Shown piece after piece: positions 41,416-53,700 of a stretch of DNA of 64,000 nucleotides. The notes under the pieces were generated by a model. The model made no database searches. It was not told where the DNA came from and worked only from the letters and a program-made list of their open reading frames with translations. The position numbers were made by a program, and so were the translations under genes. Numbering within the stretch: the first letter of the stretch is position 1; each line of letters opens with the position of its first letter. Source of the stretch: Pecten maximus (lineage: Eukaryota); NCBI RefSeq assembly GCF_902652985.1, contig NC_047015.1, positions 56,544,001-56,608,000 of the forward strand, written 5' to 3'.

Positions 41416-41424
41416 TATATATAG
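41416..41424 (+). promoter_or_regulatory. TATA-like box upstream of a ~950-nt exon-like GC-richer block
   Basis: GGTATATATAG followed by a leader with several uORFs and the 42132 ORF. Confidence 0.35.
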
Positions 41425-42131
41425 AGCAGAAGTTATAGAAGTTCAGAGTAATCTTTGCTCGTGGCTGTAGAATCTACTTTCATGGAACAAGGCATATACT
41501 GTACCAATGAACAATTGTCCGAAAAATCTGGACATTCGGACACGTTTGGAATTATCCCGTCCCTGTTCAAAGGGCTTGTTTTGTGTTCCAGTGTATTGTT
41601 CTAGTCAAGGATATTTTGTCTTCTTGTGGACTTGTGGTCAAGAAAAGGAACCCTTGTTTTCGTGGTAGTTTTGTATCGGCCGTGGTCAGAGGAAGAATGC
41701 TTTGTGTTCTCACTAACGCCAAAATCATTGTCTTCTAGCTGAATGTGGAGGTCCGGCAAATTGTTCCTTGTTTCCGTGGAGCTCTTTTATCATTAGAAAC
41801 AAATAATGTTATATGCACGAGACGCTGGATGCTAAAGCACGTGCTTGTATAGATTGATGTGCTCTGTTTCTCTATGGTAAAAAGATAGATTTATAGTTTT
41901 AAACAATCTCAGTTCTGATTCAATTATATTCGGAGAAAAACACAAAACATTTACATCTTTGTAATTATGTGTCGTGTTGACGGTCCGTGCACTGAAGTCA
42001 AGAGTCGTTTTGCATGTTACCATTGGATCCACATCACTGGAACGTTTCAAAACTGAACCGATACCGCCCAGAAGCTTGTAATGGAAACTTTACGAACACG
42101 ATGGCAAGTTCAAAAATGTGAACTATTTTGA

Positions 42132-42380
42132 ATGTTTGTCAAGCGGTGGTTTACAGCGTTGGGGAGAGCTGAAGCTGTTGACAAGAGCTGTGAACCTCTG
42201 CCAACTCGTTGGCCTGACCGAGGCCATTTCACGCCAGCCTTCAATGCAGTGATTTCTAGTGGTACCAGACATTGCATTGTACGGCCCGAACAGATCTACA
42301 CAGACGGCGATAGCCTGGTAATTATGGGGTCAACTGGGTATATATTGTTTCCGGAGTTCATGCTCGGAGCTCTAGTACAG
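42132..42380 (+). CDS. candidate coding first exon, 83 codons (MFVKRWFTALG...MGSTGYILFPEFMLGALVQ), phase 0
   Basis: The most protein-like non-repetitive ORF in the window, about half GC. It ends at CAG|GTACAT, then drops abruptly to A-rich intron-like DNA. No family recognised. Confidence 0.4.
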
Positions 42381-43995
42381 GTACATTAGCATACGAACAG
42401 TTGTATTTCCTACAGCGCTCTATTATTAACACTGAATATTTAATTCAACATTCTTAATTCGTAACAAAAAAAAAAAAAAAAATAAATAAAGATAAATAAA
42501 TAATAGAAATAAACAACTTAATATTCTGTACCAATTCGTAGAAAGGGCGTTTTATCTACGTTTTTACTACAATAAAGCTTCTTGGTATTCTATATTTTGT
42601 TTGGTTAAGTAAACGATTTGAATTCAAATGTAATTCTTGTTTAAATGGAGTATTTCAGATATTCTATCCAAGCTTGTTTTGGAAAATTATTTTAGTAAAC
42701 AATATCTTATTTATATACATGCGTATGGGCGATTGAATTTACACTTTAAATTTTGATATACTTTGTATGGTCAAGCTGCTGCTTTCATCTTTGAACATTC
42801 GGCGCAACCTCCCAAGAGCAAACTCTTTCTTTGTCCATTTCTCTTTCTGTTCTTCAAAGTGTCCTCTGTTGCACATATGTGTCCGGTATCCATATTGCAG
42901 TCAACAGACTGGCCATTAGAGAACCAAATATTGATCAAATAGCAATACTGATTTGAACATGGACGTGCGTATATGAGGGCACAGGGATTTGACACAACGT
43001 CCAAACCAATGTTCGATATATATGTATATATCATATATGGACAGTTTAGTTTAGATAGTATTTTATTTAATTTATAGACATTGTATACAAAAAATTATGA
43101 TTTGCAATAGGATCTGGAAACAAGCTTAAAACTTAAATCTATCCATCTTCCTACGAAGTTCAACATTCCTTTGTCTAGCATAATGGTCAATCACAAAACT
43201 GCTTAATCTTTTTACAATTTATATAGGAGGTTTATAAATGGAAATGTATTAAAACATAAGATGTGCATTCAAGAAATGATATGTCAGTTTAGAAACATTG
43301 GTGGAACATATATAATATAAAGAAAATTAGTTGCGAGTTGTTTGAATATTATATAGATTTTTAGTTGTTACTTTATACCAAGTCCCTGTGTGAATGTATA
43401 TGACGGCATGGGTCAATCTGATTTTTAGGTTAAACTGATTCAGATTAAGCTGGGATAGGTAAGGCAATTGTCATTCTTGAATGATAATGTGTTCATTTAG
43501 AGAATTGAATATTTTTTTCCGCAGGGTATTCCAGACAAAAACGTATTATAAATTTTGACCACTATATCATATTAATACAAACGAAATCATAATGCTATTC
43601 GTTTCTAAACAATAAAGGTAACAGATTAAAAATTATGTTATTTGTATTATTGACCTTTTTTTTTTTTGTCAATTATGATATTATTAGTCTGTTTCTAATT
43701 AATTTTGTGTATTTATAAAGGAAGACAGTGTAGATAATTTAAAACATGTTTACACGTTTGGAATCCATACCGAGTGAACTCTACGTGAAATCACAGTTGA
43801 TGTTTAACATTTAAGATAAACATAATCAAATAAACAACATTGACGATGAAGTTTTGACAAGGCTACAGAAATGAGTTTGAAAACAAGAGTTTCCCGTGCG
43901 TGTATTTTTTAAGGCGAATTTGAGACCGCGGTAATTATACCCCCCTCCGAGTCCGTAACCCTCGCGGCTTATATTAGTGCTACAGACCTATTCTG

Positions 43996-44009
43996 GGGTC
44001 ACGGGGTCA
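43996..44009 (+). promoter_or_regulatory. DR2-type nuclear-receptor element GGGTCAcgGGGTCA
   Basis: Two RGGTCA half sites spaced by 2 nt within a CpG-rich patch (43920-44060). Confidence 0.3.
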
Positions 44010-44793
44010 GCACGCGAGAGTAGGATAACAAGATAAATAGGCCACGACACTAAGTAGTTCCGACTTCTGGAATTCTAGTCAGTCACCTTAGAGTTCGTAT
44101 GTCAATGTAAATTGTAGATATATGTTTTAATCATTTTTATTTCAAAAGTTTTTTCCCTTTAAATCTTCAGTATAGAGTAGCCTCAATCCTCCCTCTCCTA
44201 AAACTGCTTCACAATTTAACATTTGTTCGTGAAATAGTTGATATCATTACACTTGAGATGAAAATAAATTTCAAAGTCATTCCGGTAGCGTTCTGACAAT
44301 GTACTGTGTGAAGATGTTTTATTCCAGAGCACAGATTCTATAATGTCATCTATGTCCATATCATTTTAGAACAGTAACAAAAAGCTGTGTAAGATATTTT
44401 CGTATAATATTCTTTTGGCTCCGGATATGACGCGACAGGTGGCGTTACTGGTCAAGATGCAGTATGTGATTGGTCAATGTAACGGTAGATGCAAAATGTC
44501 GATATGCAGTTAAAAACGAAACAAAGTTAAGATTGAATGCAAGCTGAATAAGTGGGTGTATCTTTCAAATGACATATTAATAAAATTGTATTCCTGATTC
44601 AAATGCAGTGTTTTTATCACCAAAAATGATTCAAACTGATATAATTTTGTTATCCGTGCTGAAATGCATTCGTTCGTTCGTTAATTTATGTCAACAGCAG
44701 ATTTACATTATAATCAAAAGCATTAAAACTATGCCGATTATCTTTTTTTAAAGATATTTCTTGTTTATTTTATGAATGAAAATGTTAATAATG

Positions 44794-44846
<53 letters not shown>
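44794..44846. repeat. (AAC)n microsatellite, ~17 units
   Basis: perfect AAC run. Confidence 0.97.
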
Positions 44847-45655
44847 AAATAAACAACAACAGCAACTGAACATGAGATTATACAATAAGACATGCTATAA
44901 GCTGATAGGGTCTATACAACAAACCGCCATGTTGTTTTTGAATCAGTGTCATACTTCACGGAAGTTCATCCTAATCTTTTTGACAAACTCTACGAAAAGG
45001 ATGACCACACCAGGCCAGAGTCAACTGTAGATAATTGTTATAGCCTCCCTAGGTATCTCCCGGTGTAGTTTTATCGAAATAAGGTGTAGTGATCACACAG
45101 CGGATATCTGCACTACCGTTATCATATCAAACCATGGCCACAGAATTGTATATTTTGATGATATGAAATGTGAAGAAAATCCTCTTGTTTGTAAAACAAG
45201 TCTGCTTCGTTTAGACTGTAAAGATAAAATATTTAATTAGGCTTGTCAGTTGATAGAATTGGAAGTATCAGCGCCACCGCTATAAGACTGGCCGTTCCGG
45301 AAACCGTCTACGACTCAGGGTTGTACAAACAAGCACACGTCATCACAAACACCGGGGCATCCGCAAGACGGACGTCAGAAAAAACAAACTTGGAAATAAA
45401 ACGGAACGCAAGTTTGATTTTATGAATTTCCCTCCTTCCACAGGAAGAATAGATGAAGTTGGAAATGGAAGAGGTCGAGAGGAATGAAAGAGTGGGAGTT
45501 TGGACTTTGAAGGCTGATGAGAATGGGTGTGGGCAAGGGAGCATGTAGCATTGCCTTTTTATGAAATAAGAATATTTTTCATTTCATTTTTACAGCATCT
45601 GTTTGGCTGCATAATTTTATATTATATGGACAACATCAAATATTTCGAAATGGAA

Positions 45656-45718
45656 GGTTTGCTGGGTAAATCGTTTAACGTCCCATCAACACATTTAGGA
45701 AATTTAGGACGAGGCCTG
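45656..45718 (-). mobile_element. SINE 3' tail remnant
   Basis: Minus strand reads gtcctaaatttcctaaatgtgttgatgggacgttaaac..., related to the tail at 40233. Confidence 0.5.
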
Positions 45719-45848
45719 AAACATACTATCCTAATAGACCTTTTACAATTTTACTGAAACATTGCAAGAACATCCCTCCCGGACTTTTGTGGGCCAATTA
45801 TTATCCCTTGGGTATCTCACTTGGCATTTGGGGTTTCAAGAAATCGTG

Positions 45849-46308
45849 TTAAAGAGGTATGCTACCTTACACATTTTACCTATGGTTTTGTATGAGTAAA
45901 TTAAGGATGTATGCTACCTTTCACTTGATACCTGTGATTTGTGGTAAATTAAAAATTTATATGAGTCATTAAAGGATATATGCTACCTTACATATACAAT
46001 ACATGTCATGTTTATAAGAGCTAATTAAGGGTATATGCTACCTTACATAAAACATCCGAAGGTTCTGTTTTTGGTTAAGGATATATGCTACCTTAACATC
46101 ACGGCAACAGTTCGTGTTAGAGTTAAGGGTATATGCTAGATTTTGAGTCATACACGTGGTTTGTGTCAGAAATATTCTCCTTCATGAAATGAATAAGAAT
46201 CATTATTGACACATCTATATCTCTCTTCCTAAAACATTTCAGTTTTCCTTAATGACGAAATCTTTTGAAAATGAAATAGTCTTACATCGAGGTAGCATAG
46301 CGCCTTAA
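45849..46308. repeat. six conserved ~22-bp palindromic cores with diverged spacers, plus one inverted core
   Basis: TTAAGGRTATATGCTACCTTA-like cores at 45849, 45901, 45969, 46025, 46075 and 46123; inverted copy at 46290-46308. Confidence 0.85.
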
Positions 46309-48734
46309 GTAAAATGCAATATTTCTCCATATTGGTCTTCATTCTTCTCGAGGTATTTGAGTTTCGTTATCGAAATTGTCAAAGTTTTTGGGTTTTAATT
46401 GATAACACTTGCACGATATAGGACACTTACATTGGTGTCATAGTATTAAACAGTGTACGTACCTGAAACTGAACGCTGTTCTCGACAAATTCCATAATAC
46501 TGAGATTCAAATCAATTAAATCAAAGTTTCGGTTGATAGGTAAACTCTGTGTATTTTGGAAAGCGCCTTTTAAGGGTACACTCATTTGAGATAAACGATT
46601 TGATCCCAATTATGTTTTTTTTCTATGACATATTTAAATGATAAGCGATCAGCAAACAGTTCACGCACCCAATTAAATTGTTAATATTGAAATGTCAACA
46701 TGTATTCAAATCGTACCACTCTGACGTAACCTAACTACCAATGAGAATGATTCCCTGCTAAAGCTTTGTTGTCTTGATTGACACTAAAAAGGTTCATGAC
46801 ACTTTTCATATGTTTTGACATTTCGTCAACATTACCAATTATTTCACAATTTCAACTGCGATATCGCTTAGTCTATACATATACATGTATTAATTTATCA
46901 AAGGGTGGCCTGTTTTGAAATTGTTTCATGCACGTCGACTCAAAAAGTGTTTTATAATATAAATACTGTACATTATGCATCATTTCTTAATTGTCTTTGA
47001 ATAATGAAATCCATATTATCGAGCAACTCACTTATGCCATTCACAGCCAAACAGATGAGAGAAAATAGTTCATGTTATGGTAGTGATGGTGTGTCGAGGT
47101 AGAAATTAATTATAGATATTTGGCTTCTTCAATATCCTCCGTTTTTATTTTTACAGAAATATGGGAAAGCTAATATTGCATCTGTTATTGTATGGTGTCG
47201 TTGGTGGGTTTTTTGTGTTGAGGGGATTTGAATGGGAGGGGCCCTCCCCTCCCCCTCCCATCCGGAATGATGAAGTGAAATTGTATTAAGCGTTCGAATA
47301 TCCAAAAAGTCTTTACTAAGCATTTTAAAATTCAAATTTCTTTTATTGTTTAGACATTACAAAAGAAATGGAAAACAGTGCTAGATAGACAATGGAACCT
47401 GGAAAGCAGATACCGAATAGCACAGAAACTCACAAGGCCTTTACGATAAGATATTACTGTTTCCAGTGTCAAGTTACCTACATGCAAAGTTTGCTATATA
47501 TAGATGGTTAGTTCGTGGCTGAATGATTATTTATGGCGGTTTTAATGATAAGATGATCAGTACCCTTTACATTTACCAAGCCGAGCGCACTGAAGAAGAC
47601 GTGTTTCCTGTAAGTTGACCAAGCATTCCGGTAGGGGGCGTGTTCGATCTGAAACCCTGTGACCTTGACCTTATCATCGGAGACCTTTGTTGAAAAAATA
47701 TTTGTGTCAGAGGCAACAAAAACACTTTTTAGAATTATATTTTGATCCCAGCGGTGTTCGCAAACAAGAATTCACGTAAATGGGTATGCAAATATATGTT
47801 TTATTTCTGAATCTTTTTCCAGCCTGTTTGAAATGGTAGCGTGCAAATATCATTGTGTAAATACGCGTAAATACGGTATGTATCTATTCTTAATCGACAA
47901 GAAAAAAATTAAAGGCTCGATGGTAATTGTATAATGGATTCATTCAGATTTTTATGGTTGAATACGTTTAATTCTTTAGATATTCTTGCTGTGGACATTT
48001 GAGGTCAGGCGCACAAAGACTGCTGGAACGTTTGAGCATAGGATAGCGGATCTTTGGTTTTCTACAAGACGTGCCCTCGAAAGGTAGTTTTAACGTTGTT
48101 TGCTGCATTTTATAGGTCAGTAAATATTTTTTGAACGGTTTCGGTATTCAACAAAATAAAATAAGATAATAAGTTATATCATTACTTGAAAGATATATTA
48201 AAGAATAGGATATAATTTTCTTCGGAACCGACTTTGATATTCAAGGGAAATGAAATTTGGTCTTGCTTATCTGATTTAAAAAAAAAAAAAATATATATTC
48301 GTGAGAACATGTAAAATACATTTATTCTAAAATCAGTTTTGGCAAATAAACATGTACTGCCGATTCAAATTTAAACCTTTCACTGTTATAAATGAATTAT
48401 AAACAATACCATAGCTGAGAATCGCTAAAACACAATATTCAATAGTAATTATATACATGAAATCTCTATATATTATATTTTCCATGTATCCCTTCGTTCG
48501 TTCCCTGAAAACAAGCACCTTCCTCATTCGAAGAATATTATATAACAATTAGAAAAAATATAATATTTATGACTTGTAAATTGATGGTAATATTGAAACT
48601 TTGAAAGATTAGTTGTGCGCACGTTTTCATTATCAAGTGTGGTTAGTATGGGTAGAAATTTGCTAACAACACATAAAGCTCCTATGAATTTCTGGTAGAT
48701 AAAAATATGCGAGAAACATGAGCAACCATGTTTT

Positions 48735-48818
48735 CATACAATGAAACTTCGATATGATGCCATACAATGAAACTTCGATATAATGCCATATCATGAAACT
48801 TCGATATAATGCCATACA
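48735..48818. repeat. 26-bp tandem repeat x3
   Basis: catacaatgaaacttcgatatratgc. Confidence 0.9.
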
Positions 48819-49813
48819 CCTGTCTCCGTGCCACTGTTCTGTAAATCTTTGATATGACGCCATTCAATTCTAACTTTACACAAAACCTTGATGTAACCAT
48901 TTGTGGAGAGAGGGCTTTTTTTTAAGTTGTTAAAAAAACTTGTGCCGAATCCAGTTGTGTTTAAACAATAAAATACGTTCAAATAAAATCAACCGTCCCG
49001 CCGTTAGCCTACTGACAATATAATTCAATATCCCCATTTCCATTGTTTTTCGAAAAACTTGCATTCTAAGGAGGTTCTACTGTATTAGACGCGGCACATT
49101 CAGGTATAAGAAGGCCAATTTACTAAACACAGCGATAGGTTTTGTATTGAGTTCCCAAACCTATTGTACCAGCCGAAAACTTTATCTAAATCCGAAAGCA
49201 GTAAAAATTATAGACAATTATAGGTCATTTCAAATAATATTTGAGTGCAAAACATTGTATCAACTACAAAATGCATGTTTGATTTGAAGTTTACTGTTTG
49301 TCAGATTGGGATTTTCAGTGGTCCACACGCAAAGGAAAAAAATGGACTGTTTTCAGTCTCGATCCCTTTATTATTTTGAAAATGCTCACATCAATGAAAT
49401 TGTTTCTTCTTGACAAATGAACCATAGCGTAACCATACCAACAAGAGTAGATAAATGGTTTGCCGCCATCAATACTTGCATTCTCTCGTGCGTGTTCCGA
49501 CTTTGTAATTATGAATCGCTATAAGCGGGCAACGCCCCCTTTTTGTATTTCCGTTTTAGCTATTCATTCTATGTACAATGTTTTTTTGCTCTTGAACAAT
49601 GTCACTGGGTTCGCGTTCGATGAGGTCAACGTACTGTGCCTACGTCTGAGCTGTAGTAAATTACTAAAGCGATTGTATTTCATTGCATTGTGTCGATTCA
49701 GATAGTCAATTTATTTAAATATTCTTATCTGTTCTGATTAATAAGCATGTAATCATTCGATTTTGTGTACAAGAACCAACGTCCATTGACCTCTATTAAG
49801 TTAATGTTAAGAA

Positions 49814-50083
49814 ACCGGAAATGACGTAGCGGAAATGGATAATTTCACACTCGCAAGTTGTATTTTTTTTCTTCATTTCAGAATTGTCACAGTTGTGTAT
49901 TCGTTCACTTTAAACAGAATTGGATTATCATGTTCTACCCGTGTGAATCAAGCAGGTTTGTATGATTTTAAACAAGATGAAAAGTAATCAAAATACACCA
50001 TTATAATTCATCATTTACACTACGCCCACACATCGCTGAACACTATAAATCAATCTGCAATCTTTCGATGATGTCACTTCCGG
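49814..50083. promoter_or_regulatory. pair of oppositely oriented ETS-CRE-like composite motifs flanking a small exon candidate (49882-49955)
   Basis: ACCGGAAATGACGT at 49814 (+) and CCGGAAGTGACATCA at 50069-50083 (-). Between them: polypyrimidine-tttcag acceptor, ATG at 49930 (MFYPCESS) and CAG|GTTTGT. Confidence 0.35.
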
Positions 50084-50627
50084 CTCCTTACGATTTCTCT
50101 TGCTTTCATCTTCTAAAATCGGCTCTTCAGATATTGTAAACAAAACAGTGGTAAACTATGCAACATAACAAAAAAAGAAAAGAAAGTAAACTTGGTTATA
50201 TTACAGTTGATGAAATTCTATATGACAAGTCGGTAAAGATGACATTAGCGATTAGCATTTAAGTGAATATACAGCCTTTATCTCATACGCTTTCTTTGAC
50301 ATCTCTCGCGGTTTTCAATTTTAAGATTTTTTGTCATTTTTAGTGAAACTTTAATTATAATTTAAATTTTTATTTCATTATGCGTGCTAAATTGATTTAT
50401 TCATTGTATTTTGAAATACACGTCTCGAAATTCTGGGTTAATAGGTAAAAAATTGTATTCAAACTGACACTGTAATTGTGAAATAAACATTTTTTTTGCA
50501 GCAACAGGCAGTAAGTCAGTCGAATTATTATTCCGTTCGTGTACCATCGGTAGGTAGAATATCTGCTATTGTGAAATCTTAGCAGAATCTACCTTTCGAT
50601 AATACCCGGGCGTCGATTACATCATAG

Positions 50628-50734
50628 GATGATGGGCGGATACCAAACAGCCAAGCCACGCCTTCTAATGAATTATTCAACAGCCTCAATGACCGCAGGG
50701 ATATGCCCGTGATCAACTTTGAATTATTATCGAG
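50628..50734 (+). CDS. candidate exon DDGRIPNSQATPSNELFNSLNDRRDMPVINFELLS(S/R), or first exon from ATG 50703
   Basis: GC-richer block, open frame, consensus GAG|GTAAGT donor (phase 2); the acceptor is weak. Confidence 0.35.
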
Positions 50735-50771
50735 GTAAGTTAGACAGTATGTTTCCGTAGTCACTGAAGTT

Positions 50772-53700
50772 GAGTGGTCAGTATGTTTAAAAGGTCAGAG
50801 TATTCTAGTAAACCTTGTGTTCGAGTGGTCAGTATGTTTGAATGCCAGAGTGTTCTAGTAAACTTTGTGTTCGAGTGGTCAGTATGTTTGAATGGTCAAC
50901 GTGTTCTAGTAGTCCTTGTGTTCGAGTGGTCAGTATGTTTAAATGGCCAGAGTGTTCTAGTAGTCCTTGTGTTTGAGTGGTCAGTATGTTTAAATGGCCA
51001 GAGTGTTCTAGTAAACCTTGTGTTCGAGTGGTCAGTATGTTTGAATGCCAGCGTGTTCTAGTAAACCTTGTGTTCGAGTGGTCAGTATGTTTGAATGGTC
51101 AACGTGTTCTAGTAGTCCATGTGTTCGAGTGGTCAATATGTTTGAATGATCTGTATGTTCAAATTGAAAGTATGGCTGAGTGGTCAGTGTGCTTGAATGG
51201 TCAGTATGACTGAGTGGTCAGTGTGTTTAAGGGTCAGTATGTTTGAATGGATCAATATGTTCAAATTGTAAGTATGGCTAAATGGTCAGCGTGTTTAAGG
51301 ATCAGTTTGTTTGATTGGTCAGTATGGCTAAGTGGTCAGTTGTTTAATGATGGACGCGTTTAGTTATGAAGTAAGATTCTTTTCTTTGAAGAATAAGTTG
51401 GCCAGTATCGTTCAGTAATCAATTGAGGTTGGGTGGTCAGTATGTATGAGTGGTCAGTGTGTTTAAAAGCAAGAATGTTGGAATGGTCAGTATGGCTAAG
51501 TGGTCACTGTGTTTATTGGTGGACGTAATCAGTTACGAAGCAAGATTCTTTTCTTTGAAGAATAAGTTGGCCATTATTGTTCAGTTACCAGAAAGGTTGA
51601 GTGGTCAGTGTTTTTGAATGGTCAGTATGTTGGAATGGTCAGTATGCTAGTGTGATCAGTATGGACAAGTGGTCAGTATGCACGAGTGGCCAGTGTTTGA
51701 ATGGTCAGTGTGGTTGACTCTTGAGTATATTTGAGTAGTCGATATGTTTTAATGGTCAGTATGTTAGAATGGTCAGTATACACGAATGGTCAGTATATTT
51801 GAGTGGTCAGTATGTTTGAGTGGTCAGTATGTTTGAGTGGTCACTATATTTTACTGGCCTGTGTGCTTGAGCTATCATTATATCTGAGTGGTCAGTGTGT
51901 TTGAGTGGTCAGTGTGCTTGAGTGGTCATAGTGTGTTGGAGTGGTCAGTATACTCGAGTGGTCAGTATGTTTGAATGGCCAGTATATTTGAAAAGTCTGT
52001 GTGTTTGAGTGGTCAGTATACTTGAGTGGTCAGTCTATTTAAATAGTCAGTATGTAAGAATGCAAGTGTGGTCAGTATATGAATGGTCAGTATATTTGAG
52101 TGGTTAGTGTGTTTGAATATTCATTGTGTTTAATTTGGCTGTGTGTTTTAGTGGTCAGTGTGTTTGAATGGTCTGTGTTTTTGAGTGATCAGTGCGTTTT
52201 AAGTGGCCAGTTTGATTTGTCAGTGTGTTTTAGTGGTCAGTTTGTTTGAGTGGTCAGTGTGATTTGTCAGTTTGTTTGAGTGGTTAGTGTGATTTGTCAG
52301 TTTGTTTGAGTGGTTAGTGTGATTTGTCAGTTTGTTTGAGTGGTCGGTTTGATTTGTCAGTTTGTTTGAGTGGACAGTGTGATTTTTCAGTGTGTTTTAG
52401 TGGTCAGTTTGTTTGAGTGGTCAGTTTGATTTGTCAGTTTGTTTGAGTGGTCAGTGTGATTTTTCAGTGTGTTTTAGTGGTCAGTTTGTTTGAGTGGTCA
52501 GTGTGATTTGTCAGTTTGTTTGAGTGGTCAGTTTGATTTGTCAGTTTGTTTTAATGGTCAGTATGCACGAGTGGCCAGTGTTTGAATGGTCAGTGTGGTT
52601 GACTCTTGAGTATATTTGAGTAGTCAATATGTTTTAATGGTCAGTATGTTAGAATGGTCAGTATACACGAATGGTCAGATTATTTGAGTGGTCAGTACAT
52701 GTATGTTTGAATGGTCACTATATTTTACTGGCCTGTGTGCTTGAGCTATCATTATATCTGAGTGGTCAGTGTGTTTGAGTGGTCAGTGTGCTTGAGTGGT
52801 CATAGTGTGTTTGAGTGGTCAGTATACTCGAGTTGTCAGTATGTTTGAATGGCCAGTATATTTGAAAAGTTAGTGTGTTTGAGTGGTCAGTATACTTGAG
52901 TGGTCAGTCTATTTAAATAGTCAGTATGTAAGAATGCAAGTGTGGTCAGTATATGAATGGTCAGTATATTTGAGTGGTTAGTGTGTTTGAATATTCATTG
53001 TGTTTAATTTGGGTGTGTGTTTTAGTGGTCAGTGTGTTTGAATAGTCTGTGTTTTTGAATATTCATTGTGTTTGCATTTGTCAGTTTTTTTGAGTGGTCA
53101 GTGTGATTTGTCAGTTTGTTTGAGTGGTCAGTGTGATTTTTCAGTGTGTTTTAGTGGTCAGTTTGATTTGTCAGTTTGTTTGAGTGGTCAGTGTGATTTG
53201 TCAGTTTGTTTGAGTGGTCAGTGTGCTTTGTCAGTTTGTTTGAGTGGTCAGTGTGATTTGTCAGTTTGATTGAGTGGTCAGTGTGATTTGTCAGTTTGTT
53301 TGAGTGGTCAGTGTGTTTCGTCAGTTTGTTTGAGTGGTCAGTGTGATTTTTCAGTGTGTTTTAGTGATCAGTGTGTTTGAGTGGTCAGTTTGATTTGTCA
53401 GTGTGTTTGAGTGGTCAGTTTGATTTGTCAGTTTGTTTGAGTGGTCAGTTTGATTTGTCAGTTTGTTTAATGGTCAGTGTGTTTTAGTGGTCAGTGTGAT
53501 TTGCCAGTTTGTTTGAGTGGTCAGTGTGATTTGTCAGTTTGTTTGAGTGGTCAGTGTGATTTGTCAGTTTGTTTGAGTGATCAGTGTGTTTGAGTGGTCA
53601 GGGTGATTTGTCAGTTTGTTTGAGTGGTCAGTGTGTTTGAGTGGTCAATGTGATTTGTCATTGTATTTTAATGGTCAGTTTGTTTTAGTTATTAGTGTGT

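Noticed and set aside
44776-45030. poly-N/poly-Q ORF
   Set aside because: Generated by an (AAC)n microsatellite; the remainder is not protein-like
45849-46170. CRISPR array
   Set aside because: Eukaryotic context, no cas genes or leader, cores degenerate, spacer lengths uneven and partly related; kept only as an unusual repeat
50703-50734. MPVINFELL resemblance to the G-protein gamma N-terminus or a SCHIP1 motif
   Set aside because: Too short to be meaningful and no supporting downstream exon was seen
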